A DNA stretch of 62,915 bases from Candidatus Parvarchaeum sp. (GCA_049965555.1 JBMFWF010000005.1:1-62915), one strand, 5' to 3'. Numbered from the stretch's first letter, positions 38,689-49,095 are shown. Notes: generated by a model from the sequence alone, not told the origin. Translations and numbers: made by a program.

Positions 38689-39513
38689 TTACAGCCCTAT
38701 AACAGAGAGAACAGGTATGTAACCAATATAGATTAAAGCAGTCATTGCAACTGGCAATACAAAGAAAATAGCCCAGTAAACTTTATTCCATCTCCACACT
38801 TTGTAACCGTCTAAACCTATAAAAGATGCCGATCCCAAAGGCAGCATGTTAAATGCTGCAAGGTAAAAGCTTATGAATGTTCCCAAGCCTGTTACGATAT
38901 AGCCGAAAGCCGTAAGCAGGCTAGTTACATGCGATCCAACGAATACATATATAAGCAAAAATAAAGCCAAGAATATAAAACCGAATGCTATGTCAATCAA
39001 AGGCCCGGCAAGAGATATTTTACCGTATCTCTCAGTAAATCCTTTTGGATCCATGTAAGGCTCTCTTGGATCAGGTTCAAATATAGTCGCGCCAGGCAGT
39101 GCGAATACAAATCCTATAAGCAACGCCATTACTACAGCAAGTATCAAAAAGAACGGAAACATCCTAAATTGCGCTTCATAGCCATAGCTTTGTGCGACAA
39201 ACTTATGCATCAATTCATGCATTATAAATGCTGCTCCAAGCACTATAAAAGAAGCTAAGAAGTATAGAAGGAAACCCGTGTTTTCTATCGGGTAAAGAAC
39301 AACTGCAAATGCGAAGCTTAATGCCAGCCATGCAAGAATTATATCTTCAATTTCCTTGAGAGAAAACCTGGATGCAAAATTTTTGAACCTTTTTCGTTTG
39401 TTCTGGTTATAACCCAAGTTAGATTTAAAAGGTATGAATTCCCATGCTTTTTTCTTCCTATATATCCTAACTGATGGGTTCCCCCTCTTAATCACCTTTA
39501 CTTCTTTTTGCAT
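38689..39513 (-). CDS. Site-2 protease family (M50) membrane metalloprotease
   Basis: HELMHKFVA, FALPGA, ISLAGP, FNMLP...LDG.KV. Confidence 0.88.
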   Translation of the reverse strand: MQKEVKVIKRGNPSVRIYRKKKAWEFIPFKSNLGYNQNKRKRFKNFASRFSLKEIEDIILAWLALSFAFAVVLYPIENTGFLLYFLASFIVLGAAFIMHELMHKFVAQSYGYEAQFRMFPFFLILAVVMALLIGFVFALPGATIFEPDPREPYMDPKGFTERYGKISLAGPLIDIAFGFIFLALFLLIYVFVGSHVTSLLTAFGYIVTGLGTFISFYLAAFNMLPLGSASFIGLDGYKVWRWNKVYWAIFFVLPVAMTALIYIGYIPVLSVIGL

Positions 39514-40292
39514 ATTCCTAACCTTAGCATCTCATCATATATATCCTCTAGCTCCTTTATATCTAAATAGAATACTTTCTGTTTTAGTTTATCCTTTTCT
39601 TTGAATCCCTGAAGTTTTTCTCTTATCTCCTCCTTTGATTTGACATTTAATTTTCCACGGCTGTCCATTACAGCAGAATAGAGGTTTTTCTTCTTGTGCT
39701 GGAAGAGAAGCCTAGCAAAGGCAAGAAAATCTTCGTTTATTTGTATGTTTTTCGGCTTTATCTTTAGTATTATCGATTCAACAGCAGGCCTTGGCCGAAA
39801 TGCATTCTTGCTTACTCTAGAAACAAGCTCTATGTTGCAGGTATATTGCGTGAACACCGATATCATTGAGTAATCCCTTATACCTGGGAATGCAAGCATC
39901 CTCTCTCCGAATTCCAACTGATACATCAATACAGCCAAAGAGTCTTTTCTGCCATTTAAAAAGTATATTATTTTTTCTGTTATTGGAGAAGAGATGGCAT
40001 ATGGCAAGTTCGATATTATTTTGTTTGCATCACTTGGGAAATCTATTGATAATGCGTCATCATTTATGAATTCTACGTTTTTCAATCCTTCAAGCATTGT
40101 TCTTGCAGAATCAAAAAGATTTGTATCTATCTCTACAGCGTAAACTTTTTTTACATGCGGCGCTATCCGTTTTGTCAGCCGGCCGTCTCCGCTTCCTATC
40201 TCTATGACTATGTCGTCTTTTTTGAGATCCGAAGCTTCTATTATCTTTTCAAACGTCTTTTCATCCTTTAGGAACACTTTTGTATTATTCAT
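39498..40292 (-). CDS. rsmA: 16S rRNA dimethyladenosine transferase KsgA/Dim1
   Basis: VIEIGSG.G.LT, NLPY.ISSP, MYQ.EF..R, F.PRP.VES. Confidence 0.93.
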   Translation of the reverse strand: MNNTKVFLKDEKTFEKIIEASDLKKDDIVIEIGSGDGRLTKRIAPHVKKVYAVEIDTNLFDSARTMLEGLKNVEFINDDALSIDFPSDANKIISNLPYAISSPITEKIIYFLNGRKDSLAVLMYQLEFGERMLAFPGIRDYSMISVFTQYTCNIELVSRVSKNAFRPRPAVESIILKIKPKNIQINEDFLAFARLLFQHKKKNLYSAVMDSRGKLNVKSKEEIREKLQGFKEKDKLKQKVFYLDIKELEDIYDEMLRLGICKKK

Positions 40293-41428
40293 ACCAATAT
40301 CTTAAGAACCTGCCCGTTTTTAACAGGAGAATCATTCTTTACTTTAAGTCCAGTTTTGCAGTCTATAGCTCCTTTGTAGTTTTTAGCTATGTCGCTGTGT
40401 ATCATTGCTGCCACATCCTTGGGAGTTGCATCCCTCTCTACAAGGTATGCATCTGGCAGGACTCTTCCAAAACCGTCAGTGAGCTTCTTTTCGTCTTCCA
40501 CAGGGAAAACAACCTTGTAACCCTTTAATTCAAATACCAGCCGGTTTAAAGCCTCTTTCACCCCTGTGCTGCCGTATTTTTTGATTATGTTCTCTATTAT
40601 TCCTATGGCTTTTTCCTGGTCACCGCTTAGATCCTTTAATCTTTCAATTTTTCCGTCTTTAACGCGTATAAATCCATTTTTCTCTGCTTCTCTTATTGTA
40701 AGCTCGGCTGCTGCGGAGCATGCCATAAAATTGTAGTCAAATCTTTCCTTAAGTTTTTTAATCCTTTCATCCAGGTCATCAACAGAATCCATCTTATTGC
40801 ATAAAATAAGCATCGGCTTGTCTTTTTTCATCATTAAGGAAGCCATCTTTAATGCAGTTTCATCGTTTATTTCTTTTATGCCAAGCTCCTTCACAACTTC
40901 TTTTACAGTCGAGTACTTTATGTTTATTCCTGATACATTTTTGAATATTACATCCGAGATATCCTCCTTCCCTACATACTTTGATCTGGAGATTATTGAA
41001 GCTATCCACTTCTTTATCTCTTTATCGACCATCTCTATATCAATAGCAGGGTCAAAGCCCTTCGTTTTATTTCCACTGCTGTCAGTATTACCGGATATAT
41101 CTATCACTTCTATTATTGCATCGGCTTCCATTATATCGCTCAGGAATTTGTTACCAAGGCCTTTTCCTTCGCTTGCATCTTCGACAAGACCGGCAACGTC
41201 TATTATATTTATGGGCACAAACCTTGTGCCATCAACGCAAGGCGCGTTGTGAGGGTTACATTTAACCTTGAAGTATTTCTCAGGGCATTCAAAACTAACA
41301 TATCCAACGCCTTTGTTGGGCTCTATGGTCGTAAAAGGCCTATCCTCTATATCCACTTCTTCAAGTGTAAGCGCCTTGAAAAGCGTACTTTTTCCCACGT
41401 TTGTTCTTCCTATTATCCCTATTTTCAT
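40289..41428 (-). CDS. YchF-related Obg-family GTPase/ATPase with TGS domain
   Basis: GRTNVGKST, PFTTIEPN.G, DVAGLV, GLGNKFL, NKMD, LPDA. Confidence 0.92.
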   Translation of the reverse strand: MKIGIIGRTNVGKSTLFKALTLEEVDIEDRPFTTIEPNKGVGYVSFECPEKYFKVKCNPHNAPCVDGTRFVPINIIDVAGLVEDASEGKGLGNKFLSDIMEADAIIEVIDISGNTDSSGNKTKGFDPAIDIEMVDKEIKKWIASIISRSKYVGKEDISDVIFKNVSGINIKYSTVKEVVKELGIKEINDETALKMASLMMKKDKPMLILCNKMDSVDDLDERIKKLKERFDYNFMACSAAAELTIREAEKNGFIRVKDGKIERLKDLSGDQEKAIGIIENIIKKYGSTGVKEALNRLVFELKGYKVVFPVEDEKKLTDGFGRVLPDAYLVERDATPKDVAAMIHSDIAKNYKGAIDCKTGLKVKNDSPVKNGQVLKILV

Positions 41429-41778
41429 AAGATAATTATTAAAGTCCCTATTATTAATGATGGGACTAAAAAGCTAATTACATAGCTTATGGTTCTTTGT
41501 AAATCAGATTTTTCTGCGTTATAAAGCGTTGAAAAGCAAAGGTTAAAAAGCATTATTACCGCAGAAACTGCAAAATAGTAAACACTGTGCAAATACAATA
41601 ATAAAGAGATAACTGCAATTTCTATTATTATCAGAGGATAAGAAAATATTTTTTCTGCCTTGATTCTTTTTGCTATGCTCTCTACTTCTTCTTGCGTAGA
41701 TATCCCTATAATATATCCTATAAAGATTGCTAAAGCAATTATTACATACAATCCAGTTTCTTGTGTGAGCAAAACCAT
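41425..41778 (-). CDS. Hypothetical membrane protein
   Basis: Four hydrophobic segments; overlaps the next gene by 4 nt. Confidence 0.7.
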   Translation of the reverse strand: MVLLTQETGLYVIIALAIFIGYIIGISTQEEVESIAKRIKAEKIFSYPLIIIEIAVISLLLYLHSVYYFAVSAVIMLFNLCFSTLYNAEKSDLQRTISYVISFLVPSLIIGTLIIIL

Positions 41779-41862
41779 ATTTAATTACTATTGCTTAATT
41801 ATTATTTATTTAAATACATAAATTGAGTGCATTATAATGCTGGTTAGTAAAGTAGCATCTTA

Positions 41863-43407
41863 ATGGAACAGCCTATCAACAATGAAGAAATAAACATAGA
41901 AGAGGAACAGGGATTAGTGGCTTCAAATAGTGTGTATGGCTTTCTCCGTTCCGGCTCAAAATTCTTTGTTTCTTTTCTGATTAGTGTCCTTCTTGTTAGG
42001 TTTCTTGGCCCCACAAATTATGGTTATTATACCGTAGTCGTCCTTTATTGGGGATTCGCTTCCACTATTGCAGGCTTAGGTATAAGTTCGGCAGTCCAGT
42101 ATGCAATATCCAAATATCGTGCACAGAATTCTGCGTCTAAACTAATGTGGGCAGTCAGGCATTATTTTATTATAGTAATACTTTCATCTCTTGCTGCTTC
42201 AATAGTCTTGTTTTCTCTTTCAGGAGTAATTGCATCGGTATACCACTCACAAGAAGTCGGTTACCTTATAAAGATACTTGCCTTCGGCCTTGTATTCTAT
42301 TCTCTTTCAGGAAATTTCACAGAGCCTTCATTTATTGGATTCCAGAAGATGAACAATAGCTTTATTACGGGAGTTTTGTATGATTTTCTGCGCATAATCC
42401 AGCTTATAGTAGTTTATTTAGGGTTCGGTTTAATAGGGGCAATTAAGTTCTATGATGTAGTATATCTTGTAACTGCAACAGTAGGCCTTTTTCTCTTGTA
42501 CCGTTCGATTAAAGGTTTTTCAAGTCCTGTCAGGCCAGAAAAAGAAGATCTGGTTCATTTTTACAGTTATAGGAACTTTTCTTACGTTATTGCAATAATA
42601 TCACTTTCTTATGGGCCAGTAATCGCTTTGTTTTTAGGGGCAGTCTCCCCAAATATATCGGCAGTTAGTTTTTACAGAGTTGGGTTGATAATGGCAGGAA
42701 TGCTTGGGTTACCCGCTGCGGCTGTCGGATCTGCATTCTTTGCATCTATAACGAAGTTTTTTGAAAGAAAGCAGTTCGATGGTTTTTACAGGCTTCAGCA
42801 CAGTCTTGTAAAGTATTCTTTTATGCTTACTTTGCCCCTGGTTACCGCTTCTATAATATCCGCACCCAGACTGATTTCTTATCTTTATAAATCCAGTTTT
42901 ATAGGTGCTGAAACTCCTTTTATAATCCTTCTTATTCCTGTTCTTATATCCAGTATATTCGGGCCGATTACCCAGGTTTTAAGTGCAACAGGAAAACAGA
43001 AATATGCAATGTACTCCGTTGTAACCGGAGCAGCAGTAGGCATAACGCTTACAGTTATCTTAGTCCCGCTTCTGTATTCTGTAGGTGCAGCAATTGCATA
43101 TCTTGCGGTTACAATGTCTACTTTGGCAGTAAATCTTATTTTGGTGTCGAGGTATATCAAAATAAAATTGCCTTATAAAGAACTAGTTAAGGCTACATTA
43201 TCTGTTTTGTTAATGGGCCTTCTACTATACTTCCTTTTAAAGTTTGTTACAACACTTGCATACCTTCCATTGCTTCTGATTGCTGCTTTAGTTTTCTATG
43301 TTTTAATGTTGTATATCACAAAGACAGTTAGCAATAAAGAACTTAGATTTATAATACGGCTGTTTAAAGCAGACAAGTTTGTCAGGATGCTATATAAAAA
43401 GTATTAA
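41863..43407 (+). CDS. MOP-superfamily oligosaccharide flippase (Wzx/AglR-like)
   Basis: About 14 TM, RFLGP.NYG, LGI..A...ISKY; near aglB. Confidence 0.88.
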   Translation: MEQPINNEEINIEEEQGLVASNSVYGFLRSGSKFFVSFLISVLLVRFLGPTNYGYYTVVVLYWGFASTIAGLGISSAVQYAISKYRAQNSASKLMWAVRHYFIIVILSSLAASIVLFSLSGVIASVYHSQEVGYLIKILAFGLVFYSLSGNFTEPSFIGFQKMNNSFITGVLYDFLRIIQLIVVYLGFGLIGAIKFYDVVYLVTATVGLFLLYRSIKGFSSPVRPEKEDLVHFYSYRNFSYVIAIISLSYGPVIALFLGAVSPNISAVSFYRVGLIMAGMLGLPAAAVGSAFFASITKFFERKQFDGFYRLQHSLVKYSFMLTLPLVTASIISAPRLISYLYKSSFIGAETPFIILLIPVLISSIFGPITQVLSATGKQKYAMYSVVTGAAVGITLTVILVPLLYSVGAAIAYLAVTMSTLAVNLILVSRYIKIKLPYKELVKATLSVLLMGLLLYFLLKFVTTLAYLPLLLIAALVFYVLMLYITKTVSNKELRFIIRLFKADKFVRMLYKKY

Positions 43408-43431
43408 ATTTAGCAAAGCTTTAATAAAATC

Positions 43432-44211
43432 ATGAAACTTAATGTTAAAGCAGTTGACTTAGAGTTTGATGAAAAAGAGAGGAAGTTGTTTGCTGACGGT
43501 AAGGAAGTTCCATTCTCCGTACGCAAGGTAAGCGAAATGAAGGATGTACTGTTTAATAAAGAATTCATAAACAGTAAAAACAGAAACGATATACTATACA
43601 GAATGTACAGGGCAGCAGGAGTTGCAAAAAATGCAACTGTTTTCTCTGCGCACAATATAAGATACGATGTTACTGTAATTGAGAATTATGATCTGGGCGG
43701 AGAGTTCACAAAGACTCTTGGACATTACCATCCCTTAGTCGAAAAGGGGCTGGCTTATCCAGAACTATATGAAATAATAAGCGGAGAGGCAGTTTATCTC
43801 TTACAAAAAAGAAATGATGATGGCAGCTTTGATTTAGAATTAGTACATGCGAAAGCCGGTGATAAGGTTATAATGCCGCCTAATTATGGCCATTTCTCAA
43901 TCAATGTCGGAAAAGGCCTTTTGATAGAGGCTAATTTGGTAAATTCTACGTTTGATTCCGATTATAAGTCGGTACAGGCAATGGGCGGCGGCGCTCTTTT
44001 TCTGCTAAGGAATGGAAACATAGTCTTAAACAGGAATTATAAGGAGACTACACTCAAACACAGCGAAGCAGAAAAGCTACCTTTCCTTGATTACTCAAAG
44101 AGCATATATGACGAGTACATAGCCCATCCAGAGCATTTTATTTTCTTGAATAAGCCTGAATTTCTGCTTTGGAAGCACGATTCATGGGATATAGAATCCC
44201 AGGATTTTTGA
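43432..44211 (+). CDS. Cupin-type glucose-6-phosphate isomerase family
   Basis: RYDVTVI, EF.KTLGHYH, YPELYE, PPNYGH..IN. Confidence 0.88.
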   Translation: MKLNVKAVDLEFDEKERKLFADGKEVPFSVRKVSEMKDVLFNKEFINSKNRNDILYRMYRAAGVAKNATVFSAHNIRYDVTVIENYDLGGEFTKTLGHYHPLVEKGLAYPELYEIISGEAVYLLQKRNDDGSFDLELVHAKAGDKVIMPPNYGHFSINVGKGLLIEANLVNSTFDSDYKSVQAMGGGALFLLRNGNIVLNRNYKETTLKHSEAEKLPFLDYSKSIYDEYIAHPEHFIFLNKPEFLLWKHDSWDIESQDF

Positions 44212-44258
44212 TTAGAAAGGTTTAATAATTAGTAGTAGTTTCTTTATATATTTGAATT

Positions 44259-47200
44259 ATGGCCGAAGATGATGAACTTAAGAGAATTGAGCAGGATGCT
44301 TCCAAAGAGGAAAGAAAGATAGAGCAGGAAATAAAAAAAGAGGAGGTCCAGATAAAGAAAGAGGAAATGGCTCTTAAAAAGGAGGAAGAGAAGATAAAAT
44401 CACTAAAAGAAGAGTCTGAAAAAATAGAGCATGTAAAAGAGGAAGTATCCAGAAAGAAGGTAAGCGAAGTAGAGATAGAGCTGAATTTATCAGGTTTCAA
44501 GACCTTCGGTAATGCTGCTTACAACATTCTTATAAAGAAGAAAGTCCTTTTCTATTTGATTCTTATACTGGCTGTGACAGTTGGCTGGTACGTACACACA
44601 GCTAGCATTCCGGCTTTGCTGAATCCAATACAGCCAAATTCTTCGATTATAGGAAATAATTACTTAGGCATGGGCGGTTCTCTTTCAGGCTTGGATCCAT
44701 ATATATTTTATATACAAATGGAGAATATCCTTAAAACAGGTAATGTTCCAGTGGTGAATCATCTGGAGTATCTGCCTTTAGGTCTGCCGTCTAGAACGGA
44801 TGAGCTTATGGTATCCTTCTTCGGTGCATATTCTGCAAGACTTATCGATCCGATAGTAAAAGGCGCAGTTCCTATGACTTCTTTCATGTTTCTACCTGCA
44901 TTCTTTGCCATTTTTTCGGCCTTGCTTCTTTTCCTTATAGCATTGGAATTGTTTGGGGATTACTGGATAGCGAGCATAAGCGCATTTATCCTGCCGGCTT
45001 TCCTTACCTTTTTAAGCCGTTCTACTGCAGGCTTTACTCAGAAAACCTCACTTGGTTTTATGTTTATACTGCTGACAATTTTCTTCCTTTCAAAATCCCT
45101 CAAATCTAAAAGAACCAGGAGCAAAATGATCTATGGACTGGCTACTGGAATAGCCACAGGGTTGGCGACTGCAGCTAGCGGTTACAGCAACTACCCTATA
45201 CTACTGATACCTATAGTCTACATAGCAATCGTTTTGCTTGGCTATGCCAAAAAAGGAGATTTGCTGGCATACATAATGTTTGCAATCTGGGTTCCTATCA
45301 AGGTAAGCTTTGTTACGTTTACTTTCTCGGATGTTATACACAATGTTCTTTACTACCCAATGCTGTTCTCTTACGTGCTAGTTCTCTTTAAATTGATAAT
45401 TTATGACAGATACAAGAACAAACTGAAGATACCTCTTATAAATAACGGCTTTTCAGTCGCGATATACAGCGTTGTAATCTCTTTGGTTCTGGTAGCTATT
45501 ACCGGCTTGGATACATTAAAGCATGCCTTCTCAAGGATTGCATCCGAGTTCATCCACCCGTTAGGAGTAGGAATAATAAACCCTGTAAGCCAAACTATTG
45601 CAGAGTACGCTCCATTGAATTTAACCCAAAGGGCACAGGATTTCAATTTCCTTATAGGTTCATTAGGTATAAATTTCCTTTTATTCTGTGCAGGAGCAGT
45701 ATTCCTTCTTTATATTGTACTGAAAAGGTTTAAGCATTGGTATATACCTTTTCTTTTAAGCGTTCCATTTATACTAATGCTTAATGGAGGAACGTTCAGT
45801 TATAATGCAACCTCTTACTCATTTTTGTTTATATTCATAGCTTTGGATTTTATACCTTTGGGTTATTTGTTCATGCATAAAAACGAGGCAGGATCAAAAA
45901 GAGTGCTAAGCTTTGTACTGTTCCTCACCCTGCTTTCACTTATAATGTTGATAGTCGTATGGACAATGAATTCATCTGCGAACAACTACAAATACGGTGC
46001 TGTTGCCCTTGTTGTAATATTTATACTTGAGTTCGCCTTTGATAAGCAAGAAGATGCAAATTTAATCTCTTTGCTGGCGATAATACCATTCTTTTTCTTT
46101 GTGGTCACAGTTATACTTTCAAATGTCGAAAGTAGGCTTCTAGAACCAACTGAATTAGCCGCCGCAATAATAATACCTTTTGCAATAGTTTATTTCTTCA
46201 GAGGTTCAATAGACATTACGAATAGTTTCTTCAAGAACTCTTTAAGGAATATGACAGTTGTTTCTGCAGTAATAATCATAATAGCAATAGCTTTTGTCGC
46301 TGCAGATCTTCATTCAAGTCTTTTGCTGTCATACCAGACTGCACAATCTAGTGGCAGCGGATTGTTGCTTTGGGGGCCCACTTTACAGTGGGTAAGCCAG
46401 AATACCCCTGTCAATACCTCTATAATATCTTGGTGGGATTACGGTTATTGGGAGGAAGCAATAGCCAATAGAACAGCTGTAGCCGATGGAAGCAATGCTT
46501 ATGGTTATCAGTCAATGATTGCAAAGTACTTCTTTGAAGCAACCTCTCCTTACGTTTATTCGACTTATCTTCACTTTATACACCAGCCAACTTACGCAGT
46601 GATAAGCGGCAGCGAAGTAGAGAAATTCTCTGCTATATCCACAATTGCTTTGAAACCAACTTCATTTACGCCTATGTCAGAAACTAATGTTACTCTAAAC
46701 AGTCAGAATGTAGGGAATAAAAGTTACAAGTATTTATTGGACTTTGGAGATGTAAATGGTCAGATAGCTCCTTTATACTCAAATGCAACAATACCCGGTT
46801 TACCCGGAAATGCAAATAACGATCTTCTTGTAGAAATTTTAATACCGCTGAATGCAAGCAGTACTGGTGTAATAACAAGTATGGGTAACCCATACGGTAT
46901 AATATATAATGAGCTTACAACACAATTTTCTAGCCCGCTGCCTTTAGATTACAATTGTGTTTACAGCGTAGGATGCAAAGAAATAACAAATAAAGGGATA
47001 CCTGGCGGCATGATGCTTTTGAATGCTACAAATTCAGTTGATCTTCATATTGGAGGCATACCTCAAGCACCGGGTGGATATGAGGTTCTTCCAATAAACA
47101 TGTCGCAATTCGGAAATGGCCCAGGCTTATTGTATATGCCGAATGAAACTCTGGATACTTTATTTGATAAGCTTTATTTACTAAATGAAAGCATACCAGG

Positions 47201-47441
47201 TTTTAAGTTGCTTTACACGGATAACATGCCAGTAAATTCCTTGCTTAGCATAGAAAACCAGGTGCTTACAAATGTAAATGTTTATCAGATAAACTATACT
47301 GCTTTAAGCAAGTACATGCTTACTGGAGAATGTTCAGTTTCCCCTTCTGCTCAGAATTACTGTGATAATTTAAGTTATCTGCCTGCAGTATTTGCAAACT
47401 ACAGTAAACTTATAAATAATACGCCCATTAATCAATCATGA
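44259..47441 (+). CDS. aglB: Oligosaccharyltransferase AglB (STT3 family)
   Basis: DPY, RS.AGF, TIAE, WWDYGYW, ADG; multi-TM N-half and soluble C-half. Confidence 0.93.
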   Translation: MAEDDELKRIEQDASKEERKIEQEIKKEEVQIKKEEMALKKEEEKIKSLKEESEKIEHVKEEVSRKKVSEVEIELNLSGFKTFGNAAYNILIKKKVLFYLILILAVTVGWYVHTASIPALLNPIQPNSSIIGNNYLGMGGSLSGLDPYIFYIQMENILKTGNVPVVNHLEYLPLGLPSRTDELMVSFFGAYSARLIDPIVKGAVPMTSFMFLPAFFAIFSALLLFLIALELFGDYWIASISAFILPAFLTFLSRSTAGFTQKTSLGFMFILLTIFFLSKSLKSKRTRSKMIYGLATGIATGLATAASGYSNYPILLIPIVYIAIVLLGYAKKGDLLAYIMFAIWVPIKVSFVTFTFSDVIHNVLYYPMLFSYVLVLFKLIIYDRYKNKLKIPLINNGFSVAIYSVVISLVLVAITGLDTLKHAFSRIASEFIHPLGVGIINPVSQTIAEYAPLNLTQRAQDFNFLIGSLGINFLLFCAGAVFLLYIVLKRFKHWYIPFLLSVPFILMLNGGTFSYNATSYSFLFIFIALDFIPLGYLFMHKNEAGSKRVLSFVLFLTLLSLIMLIVVWTMNSSANNYKYGAVALVVIFILEFAFDKQEDANLISLLAIIPFFFFVVTVILSNVESRLLEPTELAAAIIIPFAIVYFFRGSIDITNSFFKNSLRNMTVVSAVIIIIAIAFVAADLHSSLLLSYQTAQSSGSGLLLWGPTLQWVSQNTPVNTSIISWWDYGYWEEAIANRTAVADGSNAYGYQSMIAKYFFEATSPYVYSTYLHFIHQPTYAVISGSEVEKFSAISTIALKPTSFTPMSETNVTLNSQNVGNKSYKYLLDFGDVNGQIAPLYSNATIPGLPGNANNDLLVEILIPLNASSTGVITSMGNPYGIIYNELTTQFSSPLPLDYNCVYSVGCKEITNKGIPGGMMLLNATNSVDLHIGGIPQAPGGYEVLPINMSQFGNGPGLLYMPNETLDTLFDKLYLLNESIPGFKLLYTDNMPVNSLLSIENQVLTNVNVYQINYTALSKYMLTGECSVSPSAQNYCDNLSYLPAVFANYSKLINNTPINQS

Positions 47442-48007
47442 AAGTCATAGTTTCAGGGCTAACAGCTTCAGGTAAATCAAGTGTTGCTACAAGCCTGGCC
47501 CTTAATTTTGGTATTGAGTATTTTTCAGCTAGTTCTAAATTAAAGACTCTCCTACCTAAAAAAGATTTTATGGTTTGGGAATCAAAAAAAGGCATAGAAG
47601 CAGTAAAATTTAGGTTAAAAAATCCTCAGTATGACAAGAGGCTAGATTCGTTCATTCTTTCATTTTTCAGGACAAAAAAGGACATCGTAATAGACAGCTG
47701 GGTAGCTCCCTGGAAGATAAAGGATAAGGAGACGGTAAAAATATACATAAAGGCGGATGAAAATATTAGGGCAAAGAGAGTAAGCATACGGGATAAAATA
47801 AGTTTTAGCGAAGCTCTGCGATTCATGAAGCAAAAGGATCTGCTTACAAAAAAGATCTACAAAAAAATATACGGAATAGAGATAGACAAGGATTTAACTC
47901 CATTTAATTTAGTGATCGATTCTTCAGAGCTAGACTTAGAAAGCGTAGTTAGGATATGCTCTGATTACATAATGCATAAGCAGGATAAAGATAGCAGAAA
48001 GACTTAG
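47438..48007 (+). CDS. cmk: Cytidylate kinase (archaeal type)
   Basis: SGLTASGKSS, DKRLD, RAKRV..RD, Y..IYGI.I. Confidence 0.88.
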   Translation: MKVIVSGLTASGKSSVATSLALNFGIEYFSASSKLKTLLPKKDFMVWESKKGIEAVKFRLKNPQYDKRLDSFILSFFRTKKDIVIDSWVAPWKIKDKETVKIYIKADENIRAKRVSIRDKISFSEALRFMKQKDLLTKKIYKKIYGIEIDKDLTPFNLVIDSSELDLESVVRICSDYIMHKQDKDSRKT

Positions 48008-48084
48008 TATTTACCGACGCTTTAAATTTACCTATTTCAGGGTAAAAAGCAAAGCTTTAATCTTTGAACTTATGATTAAATGAA

Positions 48085-49095
48085 ATGAAACTGCCTTTGG
48101 AGGATTTCAAGCATGAAATCTTTTCCTTGAGAGAGGAAGAAACCGATAGCAGATACGGCAAAGCTCCAAAGGACAGAAGCATAGAGGAGAAGATAAACTA
48201 CGGTTTTATACTGCTGGACAAACCGGCAGGTATAAGGTCTAAGACCGCAGCTTACATAGCAAAGAACCTTATGGCAGTATTAGGTGTCAAGAAGATGGGT
48301 TACTCAGGGACTTTAGAAGATTGAAGAAATCCCAATGTAACAGGTCTTTTGCCACTGGCCGTAAACAACGCTACGAAGGTTCTCCCAGTGCTTCTTTTTG
48401 GAGGGAAGGAATACATCGCTCTGATGCATCTGCATAGTGAAGTTGATGAGCAAGTACTTAGAGGTACGTTCAACAAATTTACAGGGAAGATAATGCAATT
48501 GCCTCCTGTTAGATCGCACGTTAAGAGGCAGTACCGGCAGAGGGAGATATACTATTCTGAAATACTGGAGATAGAAGGTAAAAACGTACTTTTTAAAGTA
48601 GGAGTCGAATCTGGAACTTATATAAGAAAGCTCATACATGACATAGGGGAAGAACTGAAAGTGGGCGCGCACATGACAGAATTGAGAAGAACAAAAGTTT
48701 CAACCTTATCTGAAAAAGACAACTTGGTCACATTGCAGGATCTAGATGACGCAGTTTATTTTTATGAAAAAGAAAATGATGCCAGGCTGTTAAATAACTG
48801 CCTTGGAAATATAGAGTCAGCAATAGACTTTTTACCAAAAGTTTTCGTTTCAGATACGGCTGTAGACCCAATATGCCATGGCTCACCTCTTGCAGTTCCA
48901 GGCATAGTCAAACTTACTGATTTTGATAAGGATCAAGTTGTAGGTATAATGACATTGAAAGGAGAAATCATAGCACTTGGTAAATCCGTGCTTTCAGCAG
49001 AAGAGATAAAAACCGTTAACAAAGGGGTTGCAGTTAAAACTGATAGTGTAATAATGGATATAGGCACATATCCCCAATACAAAAAGATTAATTAG
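48085..49095 (+). CDS. cbf5: H/ACA RNA-guided pseudouridine synthase Cbf5 (TruB family + PUA); exons 48085-48316 and 48329-49095, 332 aa after splicing
   Basis: LDKPAG, G.SGTL[D]PNVTG.LP, KEY, Q.PP.RS.VKR..R.R, GTYIRKL.HD.G, ELRRT, C-terminal PUA domain. Confidence 0.93.
48317..48328 (+). other. 12-nt BHB-type mRNA intron in cbf5 (AAGATTGAAGAA)
   Basis: Outer helix GGGA/TCCC, central helix CTTT/GAAG, bulges AG|A and AA|A; excision restores G|AT = catalytic Asp and removes the in-frame TGA. Confidence 0.88.

Noticed and set aside
44280-44480. AAAGAGGAA-type repeats as a tandem repeat or CRISPR array
   Set aside because: They are imperfect codon-level repeats of the E/K-rich AglB N-terminus. 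No repeat-spacer array, cas gene, transposase or integrase was seen anywhere in the window.
48322-48324. In-frame TGA in cbf5 as selenocysteine, readthrough or a recoded stop
   Set aside because: Readthrough would give TLEDxRNPNV, four extra residues that destroy the TLDP catalytic motif. TGA ends many other genes here, and the BHB intron explains the sequence exactly.
48085-49095. cbf5 as a pseudogene or a genuinely split two-subunit gene (ORFs 48085-48324 and 48349-49095)
   Set aside because: Both parts are in the same frame with intact motifs, and neither alone would contain the catalytic Asp in its motif.
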